Of a stretch of 64,000 bases of DNA, positions 21,233 through 31,792 are shown one piece after another. A model generated the notes under the pieces. The model saw nothing but the letters and a program-made list of their open reading frames with translations. It did no database searches and had not been told where the DNA came from. Within the stretch, counting starts at the first letter, position 1, and each line of letters starts with the position of its first letter. The translations under genes were made by a program, and so were the position numbers. Source of the DNA: an uncultured Methanoregulaceae archaeon (GTDB taxonomy: Archaea > Halobacteriota > Methanomicrobia > Methanomicrobiales > Methanospirillaceae); NCBI GenBank assembly GCA_963718555.1, contig OY970361.1, positions 212,059 through 276,058 of the forward strand, read 5' to 3'.

Positions 21233-21499
21233 TTAATGTTCGGCTGCAACTTTCTGTGATGCAGTCTCTGAAGAATAGTTCACCACGGACAGGGGGCGGT
21301 GGTGGATATGGGTAACGATCTCGTCACCGAGCGTGAGAAGAGCGTCCTTGTGGGCTTTTTTGTCCTTGTGGATATGCACGGGAGAAATCTCAAGGGAATT
21401 GTAGCGAGCGGTCTCTATCTCTTCGTTGGTGACGCCTTCATAGTACTTCTTGATGTGGATCATCAACATGTGTAAATGCAGCAACTCTTCCTTTTGCAC
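21233..21499 (-). CDS. UPF0058 family protein
   Basis: GTG start; KEELLHLH...YNSLEISPVHIHKDKKAHKDA. Confidence 0.85.
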   Translation of the reverse strand: MQKEELLHLHMLMIHIKKYYEGVTNEEIETARYNSLEISPVHIHKDKKAHKDALLTLGDEIVTHIHHRPLSVVNYSSETASQKVAAEH

Positions 21500-21575
21500 A
21501 CTATCACCTTTTCCAAAATGATCCTTTTTTTTGTTGTGCACATATACCTTATTGGTGAGATTTATAACAGGGACA

Positions 21576-22454
21576 ATGCGGCACGTGGGATTGCTTGTTG
21601 CGCTCGCAATTGGGGATGCGTTGGGTGCGCCACTTGAAGGATCTCCCCAGCCTGAAGCGTGGTTGACCCAAATGCAGTCCGGCGGGCGCCATTTCCGGAA
21701 AAAAGGGGAAATTACTGACGATACCCTGCAGGCAATGGCAGTCGCGGAATCGCTCGCTGCATGCGGGCGTTTTGACCCGGATGACCTTGTCAGAACGTTA
21801 TTTTCCGGCTATATACAACGCCCGGAATGGTACGGCCCGACCTCCTCCGCATTTTTTGATCTGGTCATTTCCGGCACCCTGCCGCACCGTGCCGCAGAGC
21901 TCGTGCACAAGCGCCGTGGTGGCAGCCGGAGCAACGGGAGCATCATGAGGGGTTTCCCGCTCGGGATCTTTTACCCTGCACCGGGCGTATACGCCATCAG
22001 CCTCTCCTGCTCCCGGCTCACCCATTACGATCCTGTCGGGGGACACTGCTCCGCGTTCCTGAACGTGATGGTGAGCGACCTGTGCCGGGGGATCCCCCGT
22101 GGAACGGCGTTCCGGCACGCACGGTCACTCTGTACCGGTAAAGAGGTGCATGCAGTGCTGGGGAATTACCGGTCTTATTCTATAGTCCCCGGGCTCGATG
22201 CGGTGCAGTGCTCGCATGCAGCCCTTTCCTGCTTTATGGGGGCAAAAACGCTGGAGCAGGCGGTCCTCTCCGCGGTCAACCTCGGAGGGGATGCGGACAC
22301 CGTCGGAGCCTGTACCGGGGCGCTGGCGGGGGCATGCTGGGGGCTGGATGCAGTGCCGGAGCGGTGGAGCCGGGAGCTCGAGGGGTATGAGGAGCTGGTG
22401 CAGCTGGCGGAAAGGGTATGGGCTATGCGGGACGATGGCCGGGGATCCCATTGA
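21576..22454 (+). CDS. ADP-ribosylglycohydrolase (DraG/ARH family)
   Basis: GDALGAPLE, TDDT, SNGSIMR, GGDADT motifs. Confidence 0.9.
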   Translation: MRHVGLLVALAIGDALGAPLEGSPQPEAWLTQMQSGGRHFRKKGEITDDTLQAMAVAESLAACGRFDPDDLVRTLFSGYIQRPEWYGPTSSAFFDLVISGTLPHRAAELVHKRRGGSRSNGSIMRGFPLGIFYPAPGVYAISLSCSRLTHYDPVGGHCSAFLNVMVSDLCRGIPRGTAFRHARSLCTGKEVHAVLGNYRSYSIVPGLDAVQCSHAALSCFMGAKTLEQAVLSAVNLGGDADTVGACTGALAGACWGLDAVPERWSRELEGYEELVQLAERVWAMRDDGRGSH

Positions 22455-22493
22455 ACGTACGGTTCGCGGGATCGCGTGCAAGGGGATTGTGCG

Positions 22494-23197
22494 AAAAATT
22501 TTTCCGGTTTTTTGAAAATTATTCCGGATAACTTTTCAATAGATTCCGGAATTTTTTTCCTTGCCGGAAAATTTCCAAAATTTTTCATTCAAAAATTATT
22601 TCCGGCTTCTGTTCATTGCGAACTTTGCTCATTACGAATCAATGGATCCAATCCATTGACCTCCCGAAACCTGCCCTCTCTTGATAGCATACTTCTAAAC
22701 CAAGCCCTTATCATCGTCATTTCCCCGAAATACCCGCAAATACCCCAGACTTCATTACAGGGCCATAGACGCCCTTTCCTTGGCAAATCTCAGCTGAAAC
22801 AGGGTACCGGAGGGGCCAATCGAAAACTCACCCAGATCATGGGGGTCGCCAGTCTCCCCGTAAAACTCGTTTTCTGGCAATCGGTACGTTTTCCGCAGAC
22901 TTCTTCTGGCACGGTAAATCCGGGCGTTTTACGGGCTTTTCCGGCACCCGGTCCCGGGAAACAGAGCCCGTAGAGGGTCCGGATTGGCGGTGGATCAGGG
23001 CAGGAGGAGGTCCCCTCCTGACAGAACCCGGAGGTTATAGGAACAAACTCCGGGGTTGGATCCGTGAAGGATGCGGAAAAGCAGGCCAGGTCTCCGGATC
23101 GTTGCGGATGGAAAGGTGGGAAAAGATCCGGAATAAATTTCAAAAAAACCGGAGAGTTTTTCAAAAAAATTCCGGAAAAAAATTTTTTAAAAAAAAA
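22494..23197. repeat. Non-coding element with AT-rich inverted arms carrying phased CCGG motifs
   Basis: 22503-22536 is an imperfect inverted repeat of 23121-23153; CCGG at 22504/22524/22546/22564 and 23128/23149/23172 separated by A/T tracts. Confidence 0.65.
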
Positions 23198-23379
23198 TGG
23201 AGATTTCAAAACCATCTCGCATTGATTCAGGAGTTTATTCCCAATGAATGAATAACAACAACATTTTCATTATTGCATGGGATTAAATGCAGATGAGATT
23301 ATGCGTAAATATATACCAGAAAATTCCCTGTTTCGATCGTTATTTTTGGTCCGGGTCAACAGGAAAAATTCCCTCTCCC

Positions 23380-23826
23380 TCACGCAGGCTTGATCTCCAC
23401 CAGTTTCAGCGGCCGGCCCTTCTCGCAGATATCCGGGGCATTCCCGAGCACATCCACGACAATGTATTTCTCCCCGTCAACAACCCCTTCGGGCCGGCAG
23501 AGCGCATAACTCCGGCAGTCAATCTTGTTGCACGAGAGTTCGGGTTTTATCTTTGAGTTGACGATCGCCATCTCCGGGCTGATGAGCAGGGTGATCGGGG
23601 CTTCTGATACCTCCACCGCAGTCGCACCGTTGAGGTGGACAGGGCACTCGTGGTGCGTGGTGCGGACCGAGACGATCCGGTACTTCCTGCCTTTCTGGAG
23701 GTTGTGGCAGGCCTTCTTCACCTTGCAGCTCTCGCAGCCCGCAACTTCACCCTCATAGATGAACTCAATGCCCTGCTTTGCGAGTACCGTCCCGACCAGC
23801 GTCACTTTCGTCTTTGCTTCTGCCAT
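23380..23826 (-). CDS. UPF0179 family protein
   Basis: VTLVG..LAKQGIEFIY, CESCKVKKAC, CPVH; Cys-rich. Confidence 0.85.
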   Translation of the reverse strand: MAEAKTKVTLVGTVLAKQGIEFIYEGEVAGCESCKVKKACHNLQKGRKYRIVSVRTTHHECPVHLNGATAVEVSEAPITLLISPEMAIVNSKIKPELSCNKIDCRSYALCRPEGVVDGEKYIVVDVLGNAPDICEKGRPLKLVEIKPA

Positions 23827-23837
23827 ATCCGTTCACC

Positions 23838-24916
23838 TCACTCGCTGTACAGCATCTGGATAAGGTTCTCTGCCGATTCGCGTGTCAGCCCCATATCGAA
23901 TATGGTAAAGCGCTCGGGACGGATATCCTTTGCCATCAGGAGGGCCTCGACCGCAGTGGCATCGTCAATGCCGACCTCGGCCGGGGTCACGGGGGCTCCA
24001 ATGGCCTTCAGGGATGCCCGGATCCCCCGCCAGTCCCCGCCGTGCAGGTACATGGAGATGATGGTGCCGATCCCGCAGCTCTCCCCGTGCAGAGCCTTTC
24101 CCGGAGCGAGCCGGTCGAGGGCATGGGAGAACTTGTGCTCTCCGCCGCTTGCCGGCCTTGAAGAGCCGGCGATGCTCATCGCGACCCCACTTGAAACGAG
24201 CGCCTTCGTCACAAACCAGGCCGACTGCTCCTGGTGCGGCTTGATGAGATGGGCATTCTTCACGAGGATCTCCGCGGTCATCTTCGAGAGCGCAACCGCG
24301 TACTCGCTCACCGGCTCCCCTTTCACGCGGCTCGCGAGTTCCCAGTCCAGGATCGCGGTGTAATTCGAGATCACGTCGGCGCATCCCGCGGCGAGGAGCC
24401 GGTGGGGGCCGCGGCGATGATCGCAGTATCCGCAATGATCGCAATCGGGGGCTGGGCCTCGAGCGAGGAGTGCCCCTCCTCCATGGCGACCGAGGCCCGG
24501 GCCGAGGCGATGCCGTCGTGCGATGCGGCCGTGGGGACGGAGATGAACGGCCGGTCGAGATTGTAGGAGACGATCTTCGCAGTATCGATCACCCGTCCGC
24601 CACCCACGCCGATGAGGAAGTCTGCACCCGCCGCCGCCTTTTCGGCGGCCTTGATCACCTTTACGCTGATCTCCTCGGCAAAGAACGGGGCCACGTCATG
24701 GTTTTTGGAAAGGATCTCCCGGACCCGGTTGCCGGCAAGCTCCATCGTGCTCCTGCCCGAGATCATGAGCACAGTCTTCCCGAGTTTCAGGTCCTCGCAG
24801 ACCGAGGGGAGCTGCCCGAAGACGTCGTGGCCGATCACCACATCGCGGGGCAGCTGCATCCAGCGGGACTTGTCAAAGACCTTCGGTTTGAGTAATTTTA
24901 TTGCATCTGCGCTCAT
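23838..24916 (-). CDS. egsA: sn-glycerol-1-phosphate dehydrogenase; frameshift near 24405
   Basis: [47 protein letters not shown]. Confidence 0.93.
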
Positions 24917-24927
24917 TGTAATCATGG

Positions 24928-25794
24928 ATGATTAGTGATTTCATATACAAATATTACATCGATCCCATCCGGCTCGGGCAACCCTATAACGTAGTCGATA
25001 CGCTGACCTACGCCATTATCCTTGTTGTCGGCGTGTTCCTTCTCTACCGCTGGCTCTCGCAGTCCACACGGCTCTCGGATATCGGCTTTAAGCTCGATGG
25101 CACTTTTATCCTCGCCACCATCCCCTATATCGTTCTCGGCGGCCTGCTCCGCGTGGTCGAGGACACCGGTATGATCACCGGCGACATCAAGTACCTCCTC
25201 ATCTCCCCGCTGATCTATTTCGTCCTCTTTTTCTACACGATCGGGATCCTTTTCCTCTCCCGGTATCTCACAGTCCAGGGGCTCACGAAAAATTTCCTCA
25301 CGTTCTATTTCTGGGCCGGGGCGCTGTCCGTCTTTGTCTCCACGCTAGTCCTTATCGCGTGGAGTACGACCCACCATGGCGTTGACCTGTACGTCCTCTC
25401 CGCGATCCTGATGATGGCCGCAAGCGCCACGTTCGCGGTCTGGGCCTTCATGCGGTACGTCCTCTCGTGGGAATATGTCCGCGACCCGCTCTACATCACC
25501 CTGCTCTTCGGCCAGCTGCTCGATGCCAGCGCCACCAGCTTCGGGATCGACCTCCACCCGGGCATCCAGTACATGGAGGAACATGTCGTGGGATCGGGGC
25601 TGATCAGCCTCACCCACACCGCGTTTGTGATGTATCCCCTGAAACTTGTCGTGCTGTTCCCGGCCATCTACGTCATGCAGCTGTACCGCAGGGAGGCGAA
25701 CCCGGCGTTCTGGCACCTCGTGCTCCTCGCGATGATCGTGGTCGGGTTTGCACCGGGTGTCCGGGACATGGTGCGGATGGTCCTCTATGTCTGA
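24928..25794 (+). CDS. DUF63 family membrane protein
   Basis: YNVVDTLTY, LRVVED, GQLLDASAT, EEHV, GFAPGVRD. Confidence 0.85.
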   Translation: MISDFIYKYYIDPIRLGQPYNVVDTLTYAIILVVGVFLLYRWLSQSTRLSDIGFKLDGTFILATIPYIVLGGLLRVVEDTGMITGDIKYLLISPLIYFVLFFYTIGILFLSRYLTVQGLTKNFLTFYFWAGALSVFVSTLVLIAWSTTHHGVDLYVLSAILMMAASATFAVWAFMRYVLSWEYVRDPLYITLLFGQLLDASATSFGIDLHPGIQYMEEHVVGSGLISLTHTAFVMYPLKLVVLFPAIYVMQLYRREANPAFWHLVLLAMIVVGFAPGVRDMVRMVLYV

Positions 25795-26353
25795 TTCTCC
25801 GCTGGCGGATGCGCTGATCATCACGTTCCTCCTCTTCCTCACAACCATGTGCGTAGGGTGGATCGGCGCTGAACACGACCCGGCAGTGGGCCAGGAACTG
25901 TTAAAACTCTTTGAAAAGGAAGTCGCGGGGGAGATCACCGGCGAGAATCCCGCTGACATGTGCATCAAGCTCTTCGCCAACAACCTCGAGGCCTGCGTCT
26001 TCCTGTTCATCGGCGGGGCATCCTTTGGCATCTTCACAATCTTCATCATGAGCCTGAACGGTATCGTGATCGGGGCAATCATGGAGATCGTCAGTAAAAA
26101 TCACTCGGCCCTTTTTGTTGCTGCCGCCATCCTCCCGCACGGGGTCTTCGAGATCCCGGCCTTCGTCATCTCGGGGGCCCTCGGGATCATGCTCGCACAG
26201 TCCCTGATCGCGGAATGGTACGGCGAGGCTGACACGGCAGTCGCGGCAGAGCACTACGCCCGCCTCTTCGTCCTCCGGGTCATCCCGCTGGTCGCCATCG
26301 CCGCAACGGTCGAGGCTTTTATTACGCCGGTTGTCATACATTTAGTAGCTTAG
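25787..26353 (+). CDS. SpoIIM/DUF95 family membrane protein
   Basis: FANN, NGIVIG, ILPHGVFEIPA, AATVEAFITP. Confidence 0.88.
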   Translation: MSDSPLADALIITFLLFLTTMCVGWIGAEHDPAVGQELLKLFEKEVAGEITGENPADMCIKLFANNLEACVFLFIGGASFGIFTIFIMSLNGIVIGAIMEIVSKNHSALFVAAAILPHGVFEIPAFVISGALGIMLAQSLIAEWYGEADTAVAAEHYARLFVLRVIPLVAIAATVEAFITPVVIHLVA

Positions 26354-26365
26354 AGGGTTGTATTC

Positions 26366-27802
26366 ATGGATGACGATGCGGGCGCCCTGCCGCCGAAGCA
26401 GGACTTTTCCGGATGGTTCAATGATCTTCTCTGGCGGGCCGAGATCATGGATGTCCGCTACCCGGTCAAGGGGCTTTACGTCTGGTACCCGTACGGGTTT
26501 GCGATCCGGAAATTCGTCTACAACCGGCTCCGCGATCTCCTCGACCGCGACCACCAGGAGACCCTCTTCCCGCTCCTGATCCCCGAGCAGGAGTTCATGA
26601 AGGAGGCCGAGCACATCAAGGGCTTCGAGGACGAGGTCTACTGGGTAACCCATGGGGGCACGACACCGCTCGATGTCAGGCTCGCCCTCCGGCCCACGAG
26701 CGAGACGGCGATCTACCCGATGTACGCGCTCTGGCTCCGCTCGCACGCTGACCTGCCGATGAAATATTACCAGATCGTCAACACGTTCCGGTACGAGACG
26801 AAACAGACCCGGCCCCTGATCCGTCTCCGCGAGATCACTTCGTTCATGGAGTCTCATACGGTCCACGCGAGCTGGGACGAGGCGGAGGCCCAGGTGGAGT
26901 ACCAGCTCGGCCTCACGAAGGAATTCTACGACGGCCTCTGCATCCCGGTCACCGTCTCGAAACGCCCGGACTGGGACAAGTTCCCGGGCGCTGACTACAC
27001 GATCGCGGTGGACGCGATCATGCCGAACGGCCGGACCCTCCAGATCGGGACGGTGCACCACCTCGGCACGCACTTCTCGAAGACGTTCTCGATCCAGTAC
27101 CAGGACCGGAACGGGGAGCAGCAGTTCGCGAACCAGACCTGCTACGGGATCTCGGAGCGGTGCATCGCGGCCCTCATCAGCATGCACGGCGACGACAAGG
27201 GCCTGGTCCTGCCGCCCGCGGTTGCCCCGGTCCAGGCGGTTATCGTCCCGATCACGATCGGGAAGCGGCACGAGGATGTGCTCGCTGCTGCGCAACAACT
27301 GGAGACCGATCTCAAGTCGGCCGGCTTCCGGGTGAAGACGGACACCCGCGATATGCGGCCCGGTGCGAAGTACTACTGGTGGGAGCTCCGGGGCGTGCCG
27401 CTCCGGCTCGAGCTCGGGCCGAGGGACCTTGACGGCGGGAACGTGATGGCCGTCAAGCGGACGGGCGGGAAATGTTCCATCGATCTCGCGACCGTATGCG
27501 GCGGCGTGGCCCGGGTGCTCGGCGAAATCACGGCGGAGATCCGTGCGAAGGCCGAGGAGCACACGAGATCGCACCTCTGTTCTGTCGATACGATCGACTC
27601 CCTCAACGCATCGCTCAATGAAGGGAAGGTCGCGGTCGTCCACTGGTGCCGGGAGCGGGGGTGCGGGGATGCGATTGAGGAGAGGGCAAACTCGTCCATC
27701 CTCGGCACCGACGTGCAGTCGGCACATGTCGCCTGCACGGAAGGATGCTGCATTATCTGCGGCAAGCCCGGCAAGGCCACGCTCGTGGGAAGGACGTACT
27801 GA
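26366..27802 (+). CDS. proS: Proline--tRNA ligase (archaeal type)
   Basis: [34 protein letters not shown]-terminal GRTY. Confidence 0.97.
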   Translation: MDDDAGALPPKQDFSGWFNDLLWRAEIMDVRYPVKGLYVWYPYGFAIRKFVYNRLRDLLDRDHQETLFPLLIPEQEFMKEAEHIKGFEDEVYWVTHGGTTPLDVRLALRPTSETAIYPMYALWLRSHADLPMKYYQIVNTFRYETKQTRPLIRLREITSFMESHTVHASWDEAEAQVEYQLGLTKEFYDGLCIPVTVSKRPDWDKFPGADYTIAVDAIMPNGRTLQIGTVHHLGTHFSKTFSIQYQDRNGEQQFANQTCYGISERCIAALISMHGDDKGLVLPPAVAPVQAVIVPITIGKRHEDVLAAAQQLETDLKSAGFRVKTDTRDMRPGAKYYWWELRGVPLRLELGPRDLDGGNVMAVKRTGGKCSIDLATVCGGVARVLGEITAEIRAKAEEHTRSHLCSVDTIDSLNASLNEGKVAVVHWCRERGCGDAIEERANSSILGTDVQSAHVACTEGCCIICGKPGKATLVGRTY

Positions 27803-27882
27803 TCCCGTTAAGGAGGACGCGCCGGCGGCCTAAATCCCCCCCATCCCAACCTTTTTATCCCGTCGCACGCCACCCCTAAAAC

Positions 27883-28593
27883 ATGCTGGGCATCTCAAGC
27901 TACTGCCTCCTCGGCGAGCCGCTCGTTGCAGCGCTGGACCGGCTCTCGGGCCTCACCGGCCTCATCGAGATAGTGGACGAGGGCCCCCATTTCGTTGCCG
28001 ACCCGGAGATCCTCGAACGTTATTCCGCGGACTTTGTCTTCCACGCCCCCTACCACGGGATGAATATCGCGTGTATCTTCGAGCCCGTCCGCAGGGCAAG
28101 TGTCGAGGTGATGACCGGCTGCTTTGCGGTGGCCGCGGAGATCGGTGCCCCCGTTGTCCTCCACCCGGGCTACTTTGCCTGGGAACAAGAACGGGAGCAG
28201 GCCGACCGGCAGTTCAGGAAGTCCCTTGGCGAACTTGAAGCTGCTGCACGGGAACTCTCGCTCACCTTCTGGTTCGAGAACATGGGTGATATGAACTTCT
28301 TCAACCTCCGGACCCCGGAAGACCTGTCGATCATGGACGGCACCGGACTTGCCCTCGATGTCGGGCACGCGAACCTCAACCGGTGCCTGCCGGGGTTCCT
28401 CGAAACGAAGATCAGCCACCTGCACCTCCATGACAATGATGGGCGGCGGGACACCCACAGTGCCGTGGGGGAGGGAAACATCAGCTTCCCTCAGGTGATG
28501 GCAGCGATGCGGAGAGACAACGCAACCGCGGTCGTCGAAGTGAAGACCCTCGACGGGGTCATGAAGAGTATCCGGGCCCTCGAAGCCCTGTGA
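27883..28593 (+). CDS. Sugar phosphate isomerase/epimerase (AP endonuclease 2 TIM barrel)
   Basis: HAP, HPG, ENM, DVGHA, HLHDNDGRRDTH metal motifs. Confidence 0.85.
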   Translation: MLGISSYCLLGEPLVAALDRLSGLTGLIEIVDEGPHFVADPEILERYSADFVFHAPYHGMNIACIFEPVRRASVEVMTGCFAVAAEIGAPVVLHPGYFAWEQEREQADRQFRKSLGELEAAARELSLTFWFENMGDMNFFNLRTPEDLSIMDGTGLALDVGHANLNRCLPGFLETKISHLHLHDNDGRRDTHSAVGEGNISFPQVMAAMRRDNATAVVEVKTLDGVMKSIRALEAL

Positions 28594-28672
28594 CAGCCAT
28601 CCTGTTCTCCTCCCGTGCCGGTCGCGACCATCTGCCAAAAATTAATGCTGCCTGTTTCCTTACCTGTACCCT

Positions 28673-28948
28673 ATGGAGCGGGTTACGGCCATTGCCCGGG
28701 GAAGGGTGCAGGGTGTTGGATACCGGCACTTCATTGCTGGGTGCGCCCGCGCGACCGGGGTCCACGGGTACGTAAGGAACCTGCCGGACGGGAGTGTGGA
28801 GATGGTTGCCGAGAGCTCCCCGGCCTCGCTTGCGGATTTCCTCCGGCTCGCCTATGCACGGGACGATCCGGTGATCCATGTCGGTGAGATCGCGGTTACG
28901 CCGGGTACGGCGACGGCAGAGTTCCAGGGCTTCCGGGTCGAATGGTGA
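28673..28948 (+). CDS. acyP: Acylphosphatase
   Basis: GRVQGVGYR, GYVRNLPDGSVE. Confidence 0.92.
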   Translation: MERVTAIARGRVQGVGYRHFIAGCARATGVHGYVRNLPDGSVEMVAESSPASLADFLRLAYARDDPVIHVGEIAVTPGTATAEFQGFRVEW

Positions 28949-29087
28949 CCCGGCGTACCCGGGAGACCAAATATCCCTCTCCCGACCACAAACCTGTTCT
29001 CTCCCCCTTCCCCAATGCCCTGAGGGAATCCGGTTGTCGCCACGGCAAGGGAGGGCACACCCTGCGGGGCTGTGCGTTCTTTTCCTC

Positions 29088-29435
29088 ATGCTTGTCTGTT
29101 CCATTGCCACGGTCTACGCCTCAGTCCCCGATAATGCCACCATGAGGCAGATGCCCGGAACGAATTTCAATATCACCCGGCCGTTCACCGGCGCGGATAT
29201 GGTACTGGGTTATGCGGTGACCCCGACACCGGTAACAATCTTCAGGGCCGAACTCAACGAGACCACGTTACCCGGCCCGAGATACATGGCCTTCGGGCCC
29301 AGCGTCATCGGTATTGCCATCGACCCGTGGCTGCTCGCCGTACTATTTGCGGCCGTCTTCGCAGGCTTTGTCGCATGGTACGTAGGTTTCAGGAAACGGG
29401 GCGGGGGAGAGAATAACTACAGGGAGGAGTCGTGA
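29088..29435 (+). CDS. Hypothetical exported protein with C-terminal TM and basic tail (start uncertain)
   Basis: N-glycosylation sequons (NAT, NIT, NET); TM WLLAVLFAAVFAGFVAWYVG followed by RKR. Confidence 0.55.
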   Translation: MLVCSIATVYASVPDNATMRQMPGTNFNITRPFTGADMVLGYAVTPTPVTIFRAELNETTLPGPRYMAFGPSVIGIAIDPWLLAVLFAAVFAGFVAWYVGFRKRGGGENNYREES

Positions 29436-29543
29436 GTCCCTCGTAGTACCGTTCCCAATTTTTTTCATTTTCAAAAAAGCACCCTGGCACCCCGGCTTTT
29501 TTACCTGAAGCAGGTTAACGATACTATATCAGGTGAGGCGGCA

Positions 29544-30854
29544 GTGGAGAGGGACAACGAACCATACCTGCCTGCACGGTACAGGCAGAAGGTGCGGGAG
29601 AAACAGCAGCGCCGGCGGCTCAGAAAAATCCTCGCTGCCGCTATCATCATCGCGGTCATCGCACTCGTCCTCGTTTTCCTCGCCGGGTTCCTCATCACCG
29701 GAAGGCAGGCTGCTTCGGCAGACTCGTCCACCCAGGCGACGAATGCACAAACTGCCACTCCTGCCCCGGTTGTCACCCCGTTCCCGAATACTACCGCGAC
29801 TCCTTCACCGGAATACTCAATCGCTCCCGGGGTCCCGGTAGCAGCCGAAGGGGGTTCGCTCTCCCTCGCGGGTGCAGCTGCTGCACTCGGGGAATACTAC
29901 CCGGAGGAGGACTATACGATCAGCAGCGTAAACTATACGGCAGGTTCCTCCCGCAACCTCTTCGGGTTTGAGATCCAACCGGCCGGCAGCCCGCCCGGCA
30001 CCCACGGATTTGTTGTCTTCATCGATGCCGCCAGCGGCAAACCGTGGAGCCCCGGCCAGGAGACCGCCGCGGTCTCCCCTGACAAGGCAGAAGCGATCGC
30101 CACCTCCGCCTTCCCGGGCGTGAAGGCGGACACGGTAAGGGTCTGGTATGAGGAGAGCCCCGACAAGGGTGGGGTCTGGCAGTTCATCTTTGCATCCGGG
30201 AATACGACGATCATCTCCGGCAGCGTTGACGCATCCTCCGGCGAGCTCGTCTCGTTCACCCGTCATATCCCCCGTACAGGCCGTACGACGGGCCCGGTCC
30301 TTACCGTACAGACAGCGCAGGATACCGCCAGCCGGTATATCAGCGACCGTAACGGTGGAGAACTCCCGCTGAACCTCACCTCGGCACGCTACGAGGCGTG
30401 GGGAACACCGTCACTCCCCGCAGCAGGCCAGTACCTCTTCTCGTGGCAACGGACATTCCTCGACTATCCGGTCGATACGGACGGGGTCAAAGTGGATGTC
30501 GACGCTCTTACCGGCGATGTAATCGGGTATGACAAGGTATGGACAACACAGGATTATGCATTCTCCCAGACTACCGAACAGGCAGTCGCACAGCGGGACG
30601 CCGGCTTTGCGGTGATGCGGGCAGCAAAGACGGTGTTCCCGGACTCCGTCGAGAGCATCCGCGTCCTTTCCGCGGAGATGCGCTGGAATAACCGGCACGC
30701 TCCCGGCGCCAGCCAGCAGCCGGGCAGCGTTCCGCTGGCGTGGAAGGTGGTGTTCGACGATGCCACGATCCGGGCCGACCCCTCGCTCCCCCGGGGAGTC
30801 GGATGGGTCGATATCCAGACCGGGAATGTGACATCCCTGCAGTACTCGCACTGA
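29544..30854 (+). CDS. Membrane-anchored surface protein with PepSY/YcdB-like repeats
   Basis: Basic N-terminus + TM, Thr/Pro linker, repeated 'IDAxSG/VDAxTG/VDIQTG' motifs. Confidence 0.7.
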   Translation: MERDNEPYLPARYRQKVREKQQRRRLRKILAAAIIIAVIALVLVFLAGFLITGRQAASADSSTQATNAQTATPAPVVTPFPNTTATPSPEYSIAPGVPVAAEGGSLSLAGAAAALGEYYPEEDYTISSVNYTAGSSRNLFGFEIQPAGSPPGTHGFVVFIDAASGKPWSPGQETAAVSPDKAEAIATSAFPGVKADTVRVWYEESPDKGGVWQFIFASGNTTIISGSVDASSGELVSFTRHIPRTGRTTGPVLTVQTAQDTASRYISDRNGGELPLNLTSARYEAWGTPSLPAAGQYLFSWQRTFLDYPVDTDGVKVDVDALTGDVIGYDKVWTTQDYAFSQTTEQAVAQRDAGFAVMRAAKTVFPDSVESIRVLSAEMRWNNRHAPGASQQPGSVPLAWKVVFDDATIRADPSLPRGVGWVDIQTGNVTSLQYSH

Positions 30855-30870
30855 AATTGAAAAAAGGGCG

Positions 30871-31327
30871 TCAGCACCGGCTGCAGACGTACTCAATGGC
30901 GAGCGCGGTCCTCCGCATGTCGCCCCGTATCTGCTTTTTGCCGCCCCGGAAGAACCAGCGGTGGCACTTCGCACAGTACTTTGGCAGGACGTAGTCCCAG
31001 GGTTTCATCGGGATCTCAAGGGTGAACCCGGTCTTGTCCCACTCTTCGGGGGGTTTCTCCGCGTTCTGCTCGTAGGCAGCAACAAACTCCATGATCTGGT
31101 GGGGGGGCACGCCCATCTCAACGAACTTCTTGAAGACGAAGTAGTTGAAGATAAGCCACGAGAGGTCGGAGCGGTCGAGGATCCCCTCGGTACTCCCCGA
31201 ACGACTCCTCGAAGTCCTCAAGCGTGCAGCCGCACAAGGGGCATTTGCCGCTCACGAGCTCGTCAAGGAAGACCTCTTCCTGGCACCCCGGGCAGGTTGT
31301 GTGCGGGGACTGCATGCGTGACGTCAT
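30871..31327 (-). CDS. Hypothetical double zinc-ribbon protein; frameshift near 31190
   Basis: CPGC...CPLCG at N-terminus and CAKC...CSRC at C-terminus across two frames. Confidence 0.65.
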
Positions 31328-31480
31328 TGGTTCTCCGTATGTGATAGTGTGGTATTTTGCTGTAGCCGGACGGGCCTGTGCAGACTGGCTGTTCTTCCTA
31401 ATATTGATCGGGTCTGCACATAAGGGTATCACCAGTGCATATTTACACCGATAAAAACGTAGCGGTCGCAAGGAAAAAGT

Positions 31481-31789
31481 TCAGTCCGCGGAGGGTTCGG
31501 CCGGCTCCATGATGAGCGAGCCGAAGACCACTTTCTCGAACACCTGCGCGACGTACTTTATATGCATCATCTGCTCGAGGTCCTCGTTGCGGTGGATGTC
31601 GGCGTAGAGCTGGAGGCGCATGAGGGAGAACCGGAACCTGTCGAGCGTCTCGTCGTCGAGGTTCATCGCTTCCCGGTAGATGGGCTCCAGCAGGTCGGGG
31701 AACGCGAGCGGGTTCTCGAGGGCGGCAACGATCCCCTTGTAGATCGGGAGGGGTTTTTCCTTCCCGACAAGAATCCGCTGGTAGTCCAT
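31481..31789 (-). CDS. Conserved hypothetical protein
   Basis: 102-aa ORF 3 nt after the Mrp stop; codon usage matches neighbours. Confidence 0.7.
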   Translation of the reverse strand: MDYQRILVGKEKPLPIYKGIVAALENPLAFPDLLEPIYREAMNLDDETLDRFRFSLMRLQLYADIHRNEDLEQMMHIKYVAQVFEKVVFGSLIMEPAEPSAD

Positions 31790-31792
31790 TAC

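Noticed and set aside
22476-23215. ORFs 22476-22973 (+) and 22790-23215 (-)
   Set aside because: Low-complexity F/K/P-rich translations of the A/T-tract repeats with atypical codon usage
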